64,000 nt of DNA from an uncultured Bacteroidales bacterium (GTDB lineage Bacteria; Bacteroidota; Bacteroidia; Bacteroidales; UBA4417). The first letter of the stretch is position 1, and each line of letters begins with the position of its first letter. The notes below the pieces were generated by a model. That model was given only the letters and a program-made list of their open reading frames with translations. It was not told where the DNA came from and made no database searches. The position numbers and the translations under genes are program-made. This document shows positions 34,436 through 44,900 of this stretch, piece after piece. The stretch covers positions 3,579 through 67,578 of the forward strand of contig CAJAXK010000015.1 of NCBI GenBank assembly GCA_903946925.1, read 5' to 3'.

Positions 34436-37228
34436 TTAAAAAAGTGTCATCTGCACTCCGGTTCCAATATCATCATCGTCAGGGAAATCAGGCGGCTGGG
34501 GTGGAAGCTGTTTACTGGCAACCTTTTCTTCTTCCTCTTTAATTTCTTCCTCATTAATTTCTTCCTCTTCTATTTCAGGTTCATTAACGTCAGTTTCCTC
34601 AATTTCAGTATTTTCATCTTCGTCCTCCTGTACAGTTTCCTCAATTTCGTCAACAGGGATTGGATCGAGCCAAGAAATTTGGCTTACAGGATGGTTGCTG
34701 AGTTTTTTCCCTTTTGCTTTTACGCCCATTACCTCAACAAACTCATCAATAATAATTTCTTCAGGATCAAGGGGTTTACGGGAATCGTCATTTTGAAATT
34801 CTACTCTAATCTGAGGACGTTTATCAGCAACAGCAGCAACAAATTTATTGCCGTCTTCTTCTGGGAACATGCAAACTTTTTTATCCGAAACTTCTGGTAA
34901 AAAGCGTTTAATGAAATAGGCCTTTTTTTGCTCGCTGAAATACAGCACAGTCAGCGCTTTAGTTGGGTTGAATTTTTCAATGAGCGCCATATCCTCATCA
35001 AAATGATTGGATAAATCGAAGCTCATCAATCGGTAAAACCCTGTGCGACTGAGCACTAAGATTTTATCCGCTTCTTTAAAAGCTCCCAGATACATTCCCC
35101 GTTCGTCGGTATTAAGACGCATCACGGTATCGTCGTACCAAATATGGCGTGCCCCAAGTGTGGAGAATCCCCTTTCGGCTTGTACAATTTTTTTTACCGC
35201 ATTTTTGCTCAGCACATTGCCTTGCGAACTGCGCCCTTTTATCGCCAATTCGGAAATATCAAAATCGAAGTTGAGTTTTTTTAAGCGGGGTTTTGCTTTG
35301 AGGCTAACTTTTATAATTTCGGATTCGCCATTTGGGTTAGCTGTAAAATATATGATTTTTGAACCAGCGGTCCCTTTGGTAAGCACATATTCCTTGTCGC
35401 GTACAACGCCGGTAACCGAAAAACGTTTAATATAAACTGCACCCATCCGTCCGTCCTGATACACTACGTGGTAAACTGTTCGGGTGTCATTCTTTTTAAA
35501 AACGTCAATATGAATCACGTTTTTACCTACAAAAGCTTTCTCCACAACACGTGAAACGGCAAAAGTCCCGTCTTCGCGGAATACTATAATATCATCTATA
35601 TCAGAACAATCGCAAACGAATTCATCTTTTTTCAGCCCAAAACCGGCGAAACCTTCCACACGGTTAACATACAGCTTTTGTGTAGCCGCGGCAACGGCAG
35701 CCGCTTCAATGCTTTCAAAGTTCCTGAGTTCGGTTTTGCGTTCACGGCCGGATGCATACTTTTTTCTGATATTTTCATAAAAAGCTATCACATAATCAGT
35801 CAGGTGTTCAAGATTATGCCTTACTTCGAGCAATTCGGCATTAAGGTTTTTGATATGTTCATCGGCCTTAAATGAATTGAACCTTGATATGCGTTTTATG
35901 CGGATTTCGGTCAGCCTTAAAATATCCTCCTCGGTAATTATGCGATAAAAATCAGGCTTATAGGGTTCTAATCCTTTATCAATTGCCTGAATTACAGCCT
36001 CCCATGTTTTACATTCTTCAATGTCGCGGTAAATACGGTTTTCGATAAAAATCCGCTCCAAAGATGCAAACAGCAGCGATTCCAACAATTCCTGTTCACG
36101 GATAAGAAGCTCCATTTTAATCAGTTCGAGTGTTCGCTGAACCGATATGCGAAGGATTTCTTTTACACCGATAAAGTAGGGTTTCCCTTTGTGGATAACG
36201 CAGGAATTTGGCGATTCGGACCTTTCGCAATCCGTGAAAGCATATAGGGCATCAATGGTTTGGTCGGGTGAAACCCCGGTTTGCAGATGAATAAGTATTT
36301 CTACATTCTGAGCCGTATTGTCATCAATCTTGCGTATTTTTATTTTACCCTTTTCGCTGGCAGCAATTATGGTATCAATCAAATCGCCGGTTGTTGTTCC
36401 CCAGGGTATCTCGGTTATGACCAGTGTTTTTTTGTCCTGCTGCGTTATCCGGGCACGAATTCGGACTTTGCCACCCCTCAACCCATCGTTGTATTTTATT
36501 ACGTCCGCAAGGCCTCCTGTTGGGAAATCAGGAACCAAGGTAAAGTCATTACCTTGAAGCACAGCAACCGAAGCATCAATTAATTCCACAAAATTATGTG
36601 GCAATGTTTTGGATGCCAGTCCAACGGCAATTCCTTCAACGCCCATTTGCAACAGCACCGGGAATTTCATTGGAAGGTTCACCGGTTCTTTGTTGCGCCC
36701 GTCGTACGAAAGCTTCCACTTGGTAGTTTTCGGGTTGAAGGCCACATCCAGCGCAAATTTCGAAAGCCGGGCTTCAATATACCGTGGTGCTGCCGCTCGG
36801 TCGCCGGTAAGTATATTCCCCCAGTTTCCCTGGGTGTCAATAAGCAAATCTTTTTGGCCAATCTGAACCATGGCGTCGCCGATGGATGCATCGCCATGCG
36901 GGTGGTATTTCATTGTATTGCCAATAACATTGGCAACTTTGTTATAGCGGCCATCTTCGAGTTCCCACATGCTGTGCAGGATGCGCCGCTGAACCGGCTT
37001 CAGCCCGTCGAGCACTTCAGGCACGGCTCTGTCAAGAATTACGTAGGAGGCATAATCGAGGAACCAGTTTTGGTACATCCCCGGCAAAAAAGTTGTGTGG
37101 TGCAATTCATCGGTATCTGTCGGAACCAGATCTGCCGGCAACAATCCTTCAGCATCTTCGGCAGGTAAACCCCCGTGCGGGATTTCATCCTCAAAAACCC
37201 CTTCTGCCAATTCGTCGTTCATGTCCAT
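34436..37228 (-). CDS. parC: DNA topoisomerase IV subunit A (ParC) with a long acidic C-terminal tail
   Basis: LKPVQRRILHSM, KYHPHGDASIGDAMVQ, QGNWGN and AAPRYIEARL (catalytic Tyr). The Bacteroidota ParC-type HPHGDASI distinguishes it from the GyrA-type HPHGDSSV. Confidence 0.85.
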   Translation of the reverse strand: MDMNDELAEGVFEDEIPHGGLPAEDAEGLLPADLVPTDTDELHHTTFLPGMYQNWFLDYASYVILDRAVPEVLDGLKPVQRRILHSMWELEDGRYNKVANVIGNTMKYHPHGDASIGDAMVQIGQKDLLIDTQGNWGNILTGDRAAAPRYIEARLSKFALDVAFNPKTTKWKLSYDGRNKEPVNLPMKFPVLLQMGVEGIAVGLASKTLPHNFVELIDASVAVLQGNDFTLVPDFPTGGLADVIKYNDGLRGGKVRIRARITQQDKKTLVITEIPWGTTTGDLIDTIIAASEKGKIKIRKIDDNTAQNVEILIHLQTGVSPDQTIDALYAFTDCERSESPNSCVIHKGKPYFIGVKEILRISVQRTLELIKMELLIREQELLESLLFASLERIFIENRIYRDIEECKTWEAVIQAIDKGLEPYKPDFYRIITEEDILRLTEIRIKRISRFNSFKADEHIKNLNAELLEVRHNLEHLTDYVIAFYENIRKKYASGRERKTELRNFESIEAAAVAAATQKLYVNRVEGFAGFGLKKDEFVCDCSDIDDIIVFREDGTFAVSRVVEKAFVGKNVIHIDVFKKNDTRTVYHVVYQDGRMGAVYIKRFSVTGVVRDKEYVLTKGTAGSKIIYFTANPNGESEIIKVSLKAKPRLKKLNFDFDISELAIKGRSSQGNVLSKNAVKKIVQAERGFSTLGARHIWYDDTVMRLNTDERGMYLGAFKEADKILVLSRTGFYRLMSFDLSNHFDEDMALIEKFNPTKALTVLYFSEQKKAYFIKRFLPEVSDKKVCMFPEEDGNKFVAAVADKRPQIRVEFQNDDSRKPLDPEEIIIDEFVEVMGVKAKGKKLSNHPVSQISWLDPIPVDEIEETVQEDEDENTEIEETDVNEPEIEEEEINEEEIKEEEEKVASKQLPPQPPDFPDDDDIGTGVQMTLF

Positions 37229-37324
37229 TTAATCTAACAATTTTAATTACCACATTCCACCTTTAACTAACCACAATTTTGCTGCAAAATTACTCTTAGT
37301 AAGTAATTTATAAAATCTAACTTC

Positions 37325-39409
37325 CTACTTTTTAACGAATCTTATCAACAAAATTTCGGATAATAGTAGAATTAAAGCAGCCCATATAAAGTAACGCCAA
37401 AGCTGTGTTCCGCTGTTTATTGAAGCAATTACTTCATTTAAAGGCTTTTGGCCCGATTTTAATATGTTAAAGTTATCCAGATGTGCTTTGTCCAACATGT
37501 TCTCCAATTCGTCGGTACTGTTGCTTGTAAGGTCGCTTTCGCCCCGGTTGTAATTAAACGAAAGCGAGGTTATGGCTTTTTTATCGTTGAGCAATTCAAA
37601 ATTACCTGACGAATGTATCTGGTTTGCCACAAAAACATTCACCATATTGCCCGATGTGTTGGTTTGGGGAATCATTTCAAAATCACCTTGTAGCGATTTT
37701 ATTTTAAATATTTTATCTCCTTCGGGAATTGTGGTCCCAACGCGTATTGCTTTATTGTCGCCGATTATGCTGTACAAGCTATGCGTGGGATGGCTTATGA
37801 GGGCAATATTATAGAGTACCGGAACAAACAAGGCTTGTTGCACGAAATTACTGAACGCAGCATCAAGCGGCGCCGCAAATTGCAAAACCTGGCCTAAACC
37901 GCTTATGGTAAGCGTAAGGAATTCCCTGCCGTTGAGCATGCCCATTAAAGGTGTAGTTAGGCTGGAAGTAGGAACCTGGATTGGAAAATGCTTGTTTACT
38001 TTCGGCAAATCAGTATTTGCTGAAACAGCCATCTTTGCTTGGCTTTTTTCGAATACATCGCGGAACAAATAACTTTCTTCACTCAACTTTACAACTTTGG
38101 TGCTGGTAGTATCGCTTTTTTGATAGGTTGGGGAATTGAGCGATGAAAGAAAATTATTATAAGTGGTTAGGTCGGCATTATAGGCAGGCAGGATAAGGAT
38201 TGTTCCACCATTACCAACGTACTTTTTTATTTCGCCAGATAATCCGGATGAAATAATTGGGATTTCGTTGAATATGATCAGGTCGTATTTTGGAAGGCTT
38301 CCATAATCAAGCGATTTTTCATTCATATTGGTGAACTGGATGGAAGAATCCTGCTTGTAAAGCGCATTCAGGAACCGGTTTTCGGAACCGCCGTTGATGG
38401 CAAGAACATTAATGGAAGCAAGCACATCAAACGAAAAATAGAACTTATCATCATAAGTTATTGGATAATCTGTTACCTGCAATAAACCATGTTGCGGGCC
38501 TGTTTGGTGAATGGTAAAAGGTAATTCAACAGTTGTTGACATTCCCGCTTTAATATCAATGGAAGCAACTGATTTTTGCTGGTTGTTGATGAGTAGTTTC
38601 AGGGGGATTTTTTCAAGATCATTTTCGGATTTATTCCATATCCTGGCCGAAAGCAGGGACGTTTTGCCCGGTTGCTGGGTAGGCTGTTCAAACCAACAAG
38701 TATCAATATAAACATTGTCAACAGCCGTTGATTTTAAAGGGACCAGATACGTATTGACTGTTGAATCATTTTGAAAATCGATGCCGTTGAAGGATGATTT
38801 TTGAAAATCGGAAACAATAAATGAGCTTCGGCGCGAATTTGGTTCGTTTTTGAGCAGATCGTTCTGGCGGCGGATAATTTCGTTGAACGAACGAACCGAA
38901 GGCGAAATTTTCACCTCTTCAAGCAGGGTCAGAAATTCATCGCGGGTAACAAGCCTTTGGTGCCTGCCTTCAAAATCACAAGTTAGCAAGTGGAACAAAT
39001 CACTTGATTTGTATGCCGATACGATTTCACGGGCTTTAGTTTTTGATTCGTCGAGCAAAGTGCCGTTTGTGCCAACGGCTTCCATACTGAACGAGTTGTC
39101 AACAAAAACACTTACCGCATTTCGGGAAGCTATACGTGAGTGTTTATTTGAAAAAGGTATATACGGTTGCGCGAAAGCCATTACAAGCGCGGCAATAGCC
39201 AATATCCGTGTTGCCAGAATAAGCAAGTGGCGGAGCTGCGACTGTTTTTGGGTTTGCTGCTTCAGCTCTTGTAAAAACCTGACATTGGTAAAATATACCT
39301 TTCGGAACCGCCTGAAATTGAACAGGTGGATTATAATGGGTATTGCTACCGCAAGTAAACCAAAAAGATATAATGGATTAACAAATTGCATAGAAGTGGC
39401 AAATGGCAT
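37325..39409 (-). CDS. BatA-N-terminal-domain (aerotolerance regulator N-terminal) membrane protein
   Basis: FVNPLYLFGLLAVAIPIIIHLFNFRRFRKVYFTNVRFL matches the BatA_N double-TM signature. There is also a C-terminal TM. Confidence 0.75.
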   Translation of the reverse strand: MPFATSMQFVNPLYLFGLLAVAIPIIIHLFNFRRFRKVYFTNVRFLQELKQQTQKQSQLRHLLILATRILAIAALVMAFAQPYIPFSNKHSRIASRNAVSVFVDNSFSMEAVGTNGTLLDESKTKAREIVSAYKSSDLFHLLTCDFEGRHQRLVTRDEFLTLLEEVKISPSVRSFNEIIRRQNDLLKNEPNSRRSSFIVSDFQKSSFNGIDFQNDSTVNTYLVPLKSTAVDNVYIDTCWFEQPTQQPGKTSLLSARIWNKSENDLEKIPLKLLINNQQKSVASIDIKAGMSTTVELPFTIHQTGPQHGLLQVTDYPITYDDKFYFSFDVLASINVLAINGGSENRFLNALYKQDSSIQFTNMNEKSLDYGSLPKYDLIIFNEIPIISSGLSGEIKKYVGNGGTILILPAYNADLTTYNNFLSSLNSPTYQKSDTTSTKVVKLSEESYLFRDVFEKSQAKMAVSANTDLPKVNKHFPIQVPTSSLTTPLMGMLNGREFLTLTISGLGQVLQFAAPLDAAFSNFVQQALFVPVLYNIALISHPTHSLYSIIGDNKAIRVGTTIPEGDKIFKIKSLQGDFEMIPQTNTSGNMVNVFVANQIHSSGNFELLNDKKAITSLSFNYNRGESDLTSNSTDELENMLDKAHLDNFNILKSGQKPLNEVIASINSGTQLWRYFIWAALILLLSEILLIRFVKK

Positions 39410-39511
39410 TAGTAAGCCAAATGCACCGCAAAAGTAAGAATTTTAACGGGATGGAATGTAGTAGCCCTTTAATATTGGGAAGTGTGTTTTCGGGAAAACT
39501 AAATGCGGGTT

Positions 39512-39728
39512 TTAATACTGATTCCACTCCGAAAAGTTTTTTTTTGCCACTAAGCCACTAAATCTCTAAGTTTACTCACAATTACTTATTTTAAAGGAGT
39601 TCGTGATAACGCTTCGCTAAGTTCACAAAGTTTATAGTGATGATTAACAATACTCTGTGTCCCTCGGTGTCCTCTGTGCCTCCGTGGTTTCCTTTTTTAA
39701 GGTTTTCGGAGAGCACTAAATACTAAAG
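39512..39728 (+). mobile_element. MITE-like repeat, copy 2 (with ~50-bp internal insertion)
   Basis: The ends are TTAATACTGATTCCACTCCGAAAAG and TTTTCGGAGAGCACTAAATACTA. The internal TTCACAAAGTTTATAGTGATGATTAACAATACTCTGTGTCC...CTCCGTGG matches copy 4 in reverse complement. Confidence 0.7.
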
Positions 39729-39750
39729 GTCATAGCCAGCAATTGCCGGT

Positions 39751-40113
39751 TTATTTCAACCAATCTTCGGCTTCGGCAATGGTTCTACATATTTTTACCG
39801 ATAATCCGCGGTTTACGGCCACAGTTTCCCAAAAATCAGCATCCTTCAAATTAGATGCTTTACACACAATGGCAGTTTTTGAAATTTTAGGCGCAAGTTC
39901 AGAGATAAATTTGGCAGATTCGAAGGTGTCAAAAGTATCTAACGAATACTCCAACTGCGATTCGTCGCATAAAATCTTTGAAACTCCAAATGAAATGGCA
40001 GCCTCTATCACTGCCTTCCCATAATTTTCAACTTGTTCGAGATTATCGTCCCTTCCGGAAGCTTTAACCCTTAGCAGGTTTCCGGAACACTCAATCGTGT
40101 ATTGTATTGCCAT
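39751..40113 (-). CDS. Small hypothetical protein (120 aa), possibly a STAS/SpoIIAA-like fold (tentative)
   Basis: Clean ORF with an alternating beta-alpha pattern reminiscent of STAS-like DUF proteins. It is bracketed by MITE-like copies. Confidence 0.55.
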   Translation of the reverse strand: MAIQYTIECSGNLLRVKASGRDDNLEQVENYGKAVIEAAISFGVSKILCDESQLEYSLDTFDTFESAKFISELAPKISKTAIVCKASNLKDADFWETVAVNRGLSVKICRTIAEAEDWLK

Positions 40114-40195
40114 AATAACAAGGTAACAACGAAAGGTAAGAAATTTGATTGATTATTTGCTTTAACTTTCAGGCGGTTATTCTAAGTCAAAATAA

Positions 40196-40388
40196 CCAAA
40201 GTTGAGTCCACTCCGATAACCTAATAATGAAGACCCGCCACTAAGCGGTGTGCTGAGCCTGCCGAAGCAGCACTACGCCATAAAGGTTCACAAGGCATTG
40301 TTATTCAGTGTTATAAACTTAGTGAAGCTTATAGGATTTGTGCCTTTGTGGCTAAAAAATAGACTTTTCGTAGCGGACTCAAATTTGG
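40196..40388 (-). mobile_element. MITE-like repeat, copy 3 (inverted relative to copies 1 and 2)
   Basis: The ends are CCAAAGTTGAGTCCACTCCGA and TCGTAGCGGACTCAAATTTGG. The internal TTTGTGCCTTTGTGGCTAAAAAA matches copy 4. Confidence 0.7.
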
Positions 40389-40390
40389 AT

Positions 40391-40586
40391 CTTCCACTAT
40401 CCAAAATCGAGTTCTTGAAGTTTAAGCCAGCTACGAAAAGCCGCTTTTTAGCACAAGAGCACAAAGCCCCTGAGTTTACCTGTAATTGTTTGATTTAAAA
40501 GAAATTCACTTCGGTAGTAGGCTTGGTGTGCCATTCCCAACGCTTTGCGGCAATTCTTTGTTTAGGGCTTTTCGGAGTAGGGCCAA
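40391..40586. repeat. Degenerate MITE-like remnant adjacent to copy 3
   Basis: It starts CTTCCACTATCCAAAATCG, contains AGCACAAGAGCACAAAG and ends CTTTTCGGAGTAGGGCC. Similarity to the family is weaker. Confidence 0.4.
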
Positions 40587-40606
40587 TCTTCTCTTAGCCT
40601 TTTTCA

Positions 40607-41377
40607 CTAAAATCTGAACCCTACCATAACAATATATCTGTAGCCCATTGATGTTGTGTTTACTGAACCCGATTTTTCAAATTCCCCTGGTTCGATCACA
40701 AGGCTATATCCGGGAATTTTTTCGGCAAGTGCTTCATTTAACTTCATAAACAATTCAGACTCAGAATCTGGATCAAGGGATGTATCTATATTGGCTTTCA
40801 ATTTATAAAATGAAGCACCAGGTCCAAATAGGACCATATCCAAAGAAACCCTGTCCCAAAAAATAAACTGATATCCCAATTGGAACCCCACGGTTGAAAC
40901 CCTGAATTTGAAATCTAAGTTAAAATTTCCGGTAAAATCGGCTGTATTTGCCTCAAGTGCAAATTTTCTGTTGTAGGAATTTAGGGCGAAATAAGGCCCG
41001 ATGTATAAACCGTGTGGCGAATTGTATTTGTTTTCTTTTGCCAGATAAAACCTGTAATCCCCACTTAGGCTTATTCCCCGGTTTGTTATATCCTTCTTTA
41101 AATTTTTCACCGAATCGGTGTTGATGCTAAAAAGCCTACCCAACATGAAGGTGCCAACATGCAACGAAGCTGATTGGTGTTTTCCGAAAGTCCTTTCGTA
41201 ACCAAGGATGTAATTATTGTTCCCAAAAATCATTGGGTTGGTAAGATTAATTTTTACCGAGTTTTTCTTCTCCTTTTTCAAAGAGTCCTGAACCTGACAA
41301 TCCGCATTTGGCGAATACGCCAACAAGCAAATCATCACAAATGCAGTCAAAAACTGAATGTGTATTCTATTTTTCAT
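40607..41377 (-). CDS. Putative outer-membrane beta-barrel protein
   Basis: Signal peptide, alternating beta-strand pattern and a C-terminal ...GYRYIVMVGFRF ending in an aromatic residue. Confidence 0.65.
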   Translation of the reverse strand: MKNRIHIQFLTAFVMICLLAYSPNADCQVQDSLKKEKKNSVKINLTNPMIFGNNNYILGYERTFGKHQSASLHVGTFMLGRLFSINTDSVKNLKKDITNRGISLSGDYRFYLAKENKYNSPHGLYIGPYFALNSYNRKFALEANTADFTGNFNLDFKFRVSTVGFQLGYQFIFWDRVSLDMVLFGPGASFYKLKANIDTSLDPDSESELFMKLNEALAEKIPGYSLVIEPGEFEKSGSVNTTSMGYRYIVMVGFRF

Positions 41378-41650
41378 GTGTTATTATTTGTTTTTTACGG
41401 GTCACATGGAATACGCCAGATTGATTATAATATCATCCTTGGTTGATGATTTATTCCAATCATGGCTATTTCATCTGTTGTTAATTTGTTTAGTTCGGCA
41501 GGCTCACTATAAATTTTAAAGGTCAGTTGGAATACGCCATAATATCATTTTCGGTTGGTGATAAAATTTTACCATGGCTATTTCATGTGTTTGTTTTTTA
41601 ATTTAGGCTCAAATGGAACTCGCCAAAATATCCATCCCTTTGTTTGACAA
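41375..41650 (-). repeat. Tandem reiteration (about 2.6 units of 97-113 bp) of the leader and start-codon region of the OMP gene
   Basis: The units begin at 41375, 41472 and 41585 (CATGTG / CATCTG on the plus strand). Each carries TGGAA(T/C)(A/T)CGCCA...ATAATATCAT...GGTTG.TGAT...CATGGCTATTT. A related copy lies at 50281-50430. Confidence 0.8.
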
Positions 41651-41896
41651 CAGTTTGGCTTGGCTTGATTCATTGAATGGGCATTGAAAAAACGATTGCT
41701 TTCTGATTTCAAAGATAATTAAATATGTTAAATTCTACATCAGATAGAGATTAAAAAAACATTGGGGGCAATTTGTCAATACTTTCAAAAATGGCCTCAA
41801 CAATTTCAGTAATAACTGATAGGCTACCTTGTTTATTACACATGGTTTCTTTTCAAGAATTATCTGATGCGAATCATTATCAATATGTTACACCAT

Positions 41897-41926
41897 AAAA
41901 AAAGCCCTGAAATTTTCAGGGCTTTT
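41897..41926 (-). terminator. Rho-independent terminator after secDF (palindromic, could act in both directions)
   Basis: AAAGCCCTGA (41901-41910) pairs with TCAGGGCTTT (41916-41925), with flanking A and T runs. Confidence 0.75.
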
Positions 41927-41945
41927 AAATTTATGGGATAAAAAG

Positions 41946-44900
41946 CTATTTCTTCTTTATAACGTCTTTGCCTGCTTCTTTAAGTTTTCTCTCTTTGCGG
42001 CGGTTCGACATCATAATAAAGTCGTAAGCAACCGGTGTAGCATTGAAAATGGAGGAGTAAGTACCAACTGTTATACCAACCAACAATGCGAAGATAAATC
42101 CACGGATTACATCACCACCAAAAAGGAATATTGCAAGCAAGGTAACAATAGTTGTACCCGCAGTATTTACGGTACGTCCCAATGTACTGTTCATACCACC
42201 GTTCATATTGGTTGCCAAATCGCGGTTTGGATATAGCCCAATCCATTCACGCAACCTGTCGAAGATGATTACAGAGTCGTTGATAGAGTAACCAATAATA
42301 GTGAGTATAGCAGCGATAAATGCCTGATCCACTTCGAGGCTGAATGGTAATATGCCATAAAAGATGGAATACATAGAAATGGTAACCAATGTATCGTGGA
42401 ACAATGAAGTTACACCACCAAGGCCGTATTGCCATTTGCGGAACCTGACGGCGATGTAGGCGAAAATTGCCAACAAAGCAAAGAACAAAGCATAAACTGA
42501 TGATTGCTTGATGTCGTCGGATATGGTTGGATCCACTTTCTGTGAATTTTGTATTCCAATCGATTCGTTGTTGGTACTGAAATCGTCAGGTGAAAGCGGG
42601 GTTTTATAAAAACTTAGAAGCCCTGTATAAAGCCGGTTTTCAACAATCGAATCGGCTTTTTCCGATTTATCATCAACCATAAATTTGGTTGTAATTTTCA
42701 CCCTGTTTTTGTTTACACCAATGGTTTTAACTTCAGGGGCTTCACCAAAGGTTTTGCCAAGGGAAGCGCGGATATCACCTGTATTTACATCTTGGTCGAA
42801 CTTCACGATGTAAGACCGTCCCCCTGCAAAATCAACACCAAAATTCAAACCTTTGGTTGCCAAGGAAATCATACCAATTAAAATCACGGCACCCGAAACC
42901 ATGTAAAGTTTCTTCCTGATACCAATAAAATTAATATTTACTTTGGTAAAGGCATTGATGGTGTATTTGTTACCAAAGGTGATTGCCACGTTCCTGGTGA
43001 GCATGGCCTCGAAAATGAGGCGCGAAATAAAGATTGCAGTGAAAAGTGAGGTAAGGATACCAATGATAAGCGTGGTAGCAAAACCTTGTATCGGGCCTGA
43101 CCCAAAAATGTAGAGAACGATACCTGTTATGATTGTAGTAACGTTCCCGTCAATAATAGCAGAATACGCATGTTTGAAACCGTCATGTATAGCAAGCCGT
43201 AAGCCTTTACCTGCCCTCACTTCTTCCTTTATACGTTCGTAAATAATTACGTTTGCGTCAACCGCCATACCAAGGGTAAGAACAATACCGGCAATACCAG
43301 GCAGTGTAAGAACTGCGCCAACACTGGCCAATACACCAATTAGGAAAAATACGTTGGCTAACAAGGCAACATTGGCTACCAAACCAGCTTTTGCATAGTA
43401 GAACTGCATGTATAACAGTACCAGAATAAAAGCGATGATAAATGAAAGCAAACCTGCATTGATGGATTCTTTACCAAGCGATGGTCCAACAATTTCTTCC
43501 TGAACTATTCGTGCAGGAGCAGGTAATTTACCAGCTTTCAGTACGTTTGCCAAATCTTGTGCTTCTTCAACGGTGAAATTTCCTGAGATAGATGAACGTC
43601 CGTTAGGGATTTCGTCGTTTACGTTTGGCGCTGAATATACATAACCATCGAGTACAATTGCAACTTGTTTGCCTACATTGTCACGGGTTAGGTTACGCCA
43701 AATTTTGGCACCGGTATTATTCATGCCCATTGAAACCTCAACACGTCCATTTTGGTCGAAATCCTGGGATGCGCTAACAATTACATCGCCAAAAAGGGCT
43801 GCGGTATTTTCGCGGTTGGTTGATTTAAGTGCCATTAATTCCAATACTTCCGGAGCTTCCTTTTCAGGTTTAATAGTCCAGGCAAGCTGGCAATTGCGAG
43901 GCAACATTCCTTGTATTTTCTTTAGCATGGAATTGATGCGGGCAGTATCTTTTATTGCTGCATAACCAACTGTTGCGCGGTTAGTTGCAAAGGTTTGCCC
44001 GTTTTGCTGCTGGTAAGCTGGTTGCAGGTAAGCAAATAATGGATTTTCTTTCCTGTATTTTTCAATTTGTTGTTCCTTGCCTGCTGCGGTGGTATCTTGT
44101 TTCAACTTATCGGCAAGACTTGATTTTTTGGTGGTATCAGCTTTTGCAACATTGCTCGAATCGGCTTTGGCTGCGGTCGAATCGGAGGCAGTTGTTGTGG
44201 TATCAACAGTTACGCTCCCTGTAGCGAGGCGTTTGTTGGCATCGTTGAAAATACCTGCTAATTCGCTGAATTTATAGGTTTCCCAGAATTCGAGTTTTGC
44301 CGAACCTTGTAAGAGTTTTCTAACGCGTTCCGGATCTTTAATACCTGGCAACTCGATAAGGATACGGTCGCTGGTTGCAAGCTTTGTGATGTTTGGCTGC
44401 GTTACGCCGAAACGGTCGATACGGTTGCGGAGGATATTAAAAGTCCTGTCAAAAGCATCGGTACACTCCTGACGAACCACTTTCAAAACTTCCTCGTTGG
44501 TTGAGTTTGGCCTTATTTTTTCGCGCAATTCCATCCGACCGAAAATTGCCGAAAGTTTTGCATTTGGATCAATTTGGGCAAAAGCTTCGCCAAATAAAGT
44601 TACAAAATCTTTTTGACTGTTTTTTTGGTTTTGGTTGGCGGCAGCCATTGCTTTGGTGAAAACAGGGTTTGTGCTGTTTCCCGACATTCCTCTTACCACA
44701 TCGGCAACGGAAACTTCCATTGTAACATTCATGCCGCCCTTAAGGTCAAGACCAAGGTTGATTTCACGGTCGAGGCATTCCTTATACGTGTACTTACGGA
44801 GAAGTATATTATAAACGGGTTGATTGGCTACTGAATCGAGATAGTAGCGTGTGCGGGCTTTTTGAATGGAATCGGTGAGCCTGGCTTCAATTTTGGCATC

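Noticed and set aside
40250-40498. 82-aa ORF
   Set aside because: It is composed of MITE-like copy 3 and the adjacent degenerate copy. Such element-derived ORFs are a typical annotation artefact.
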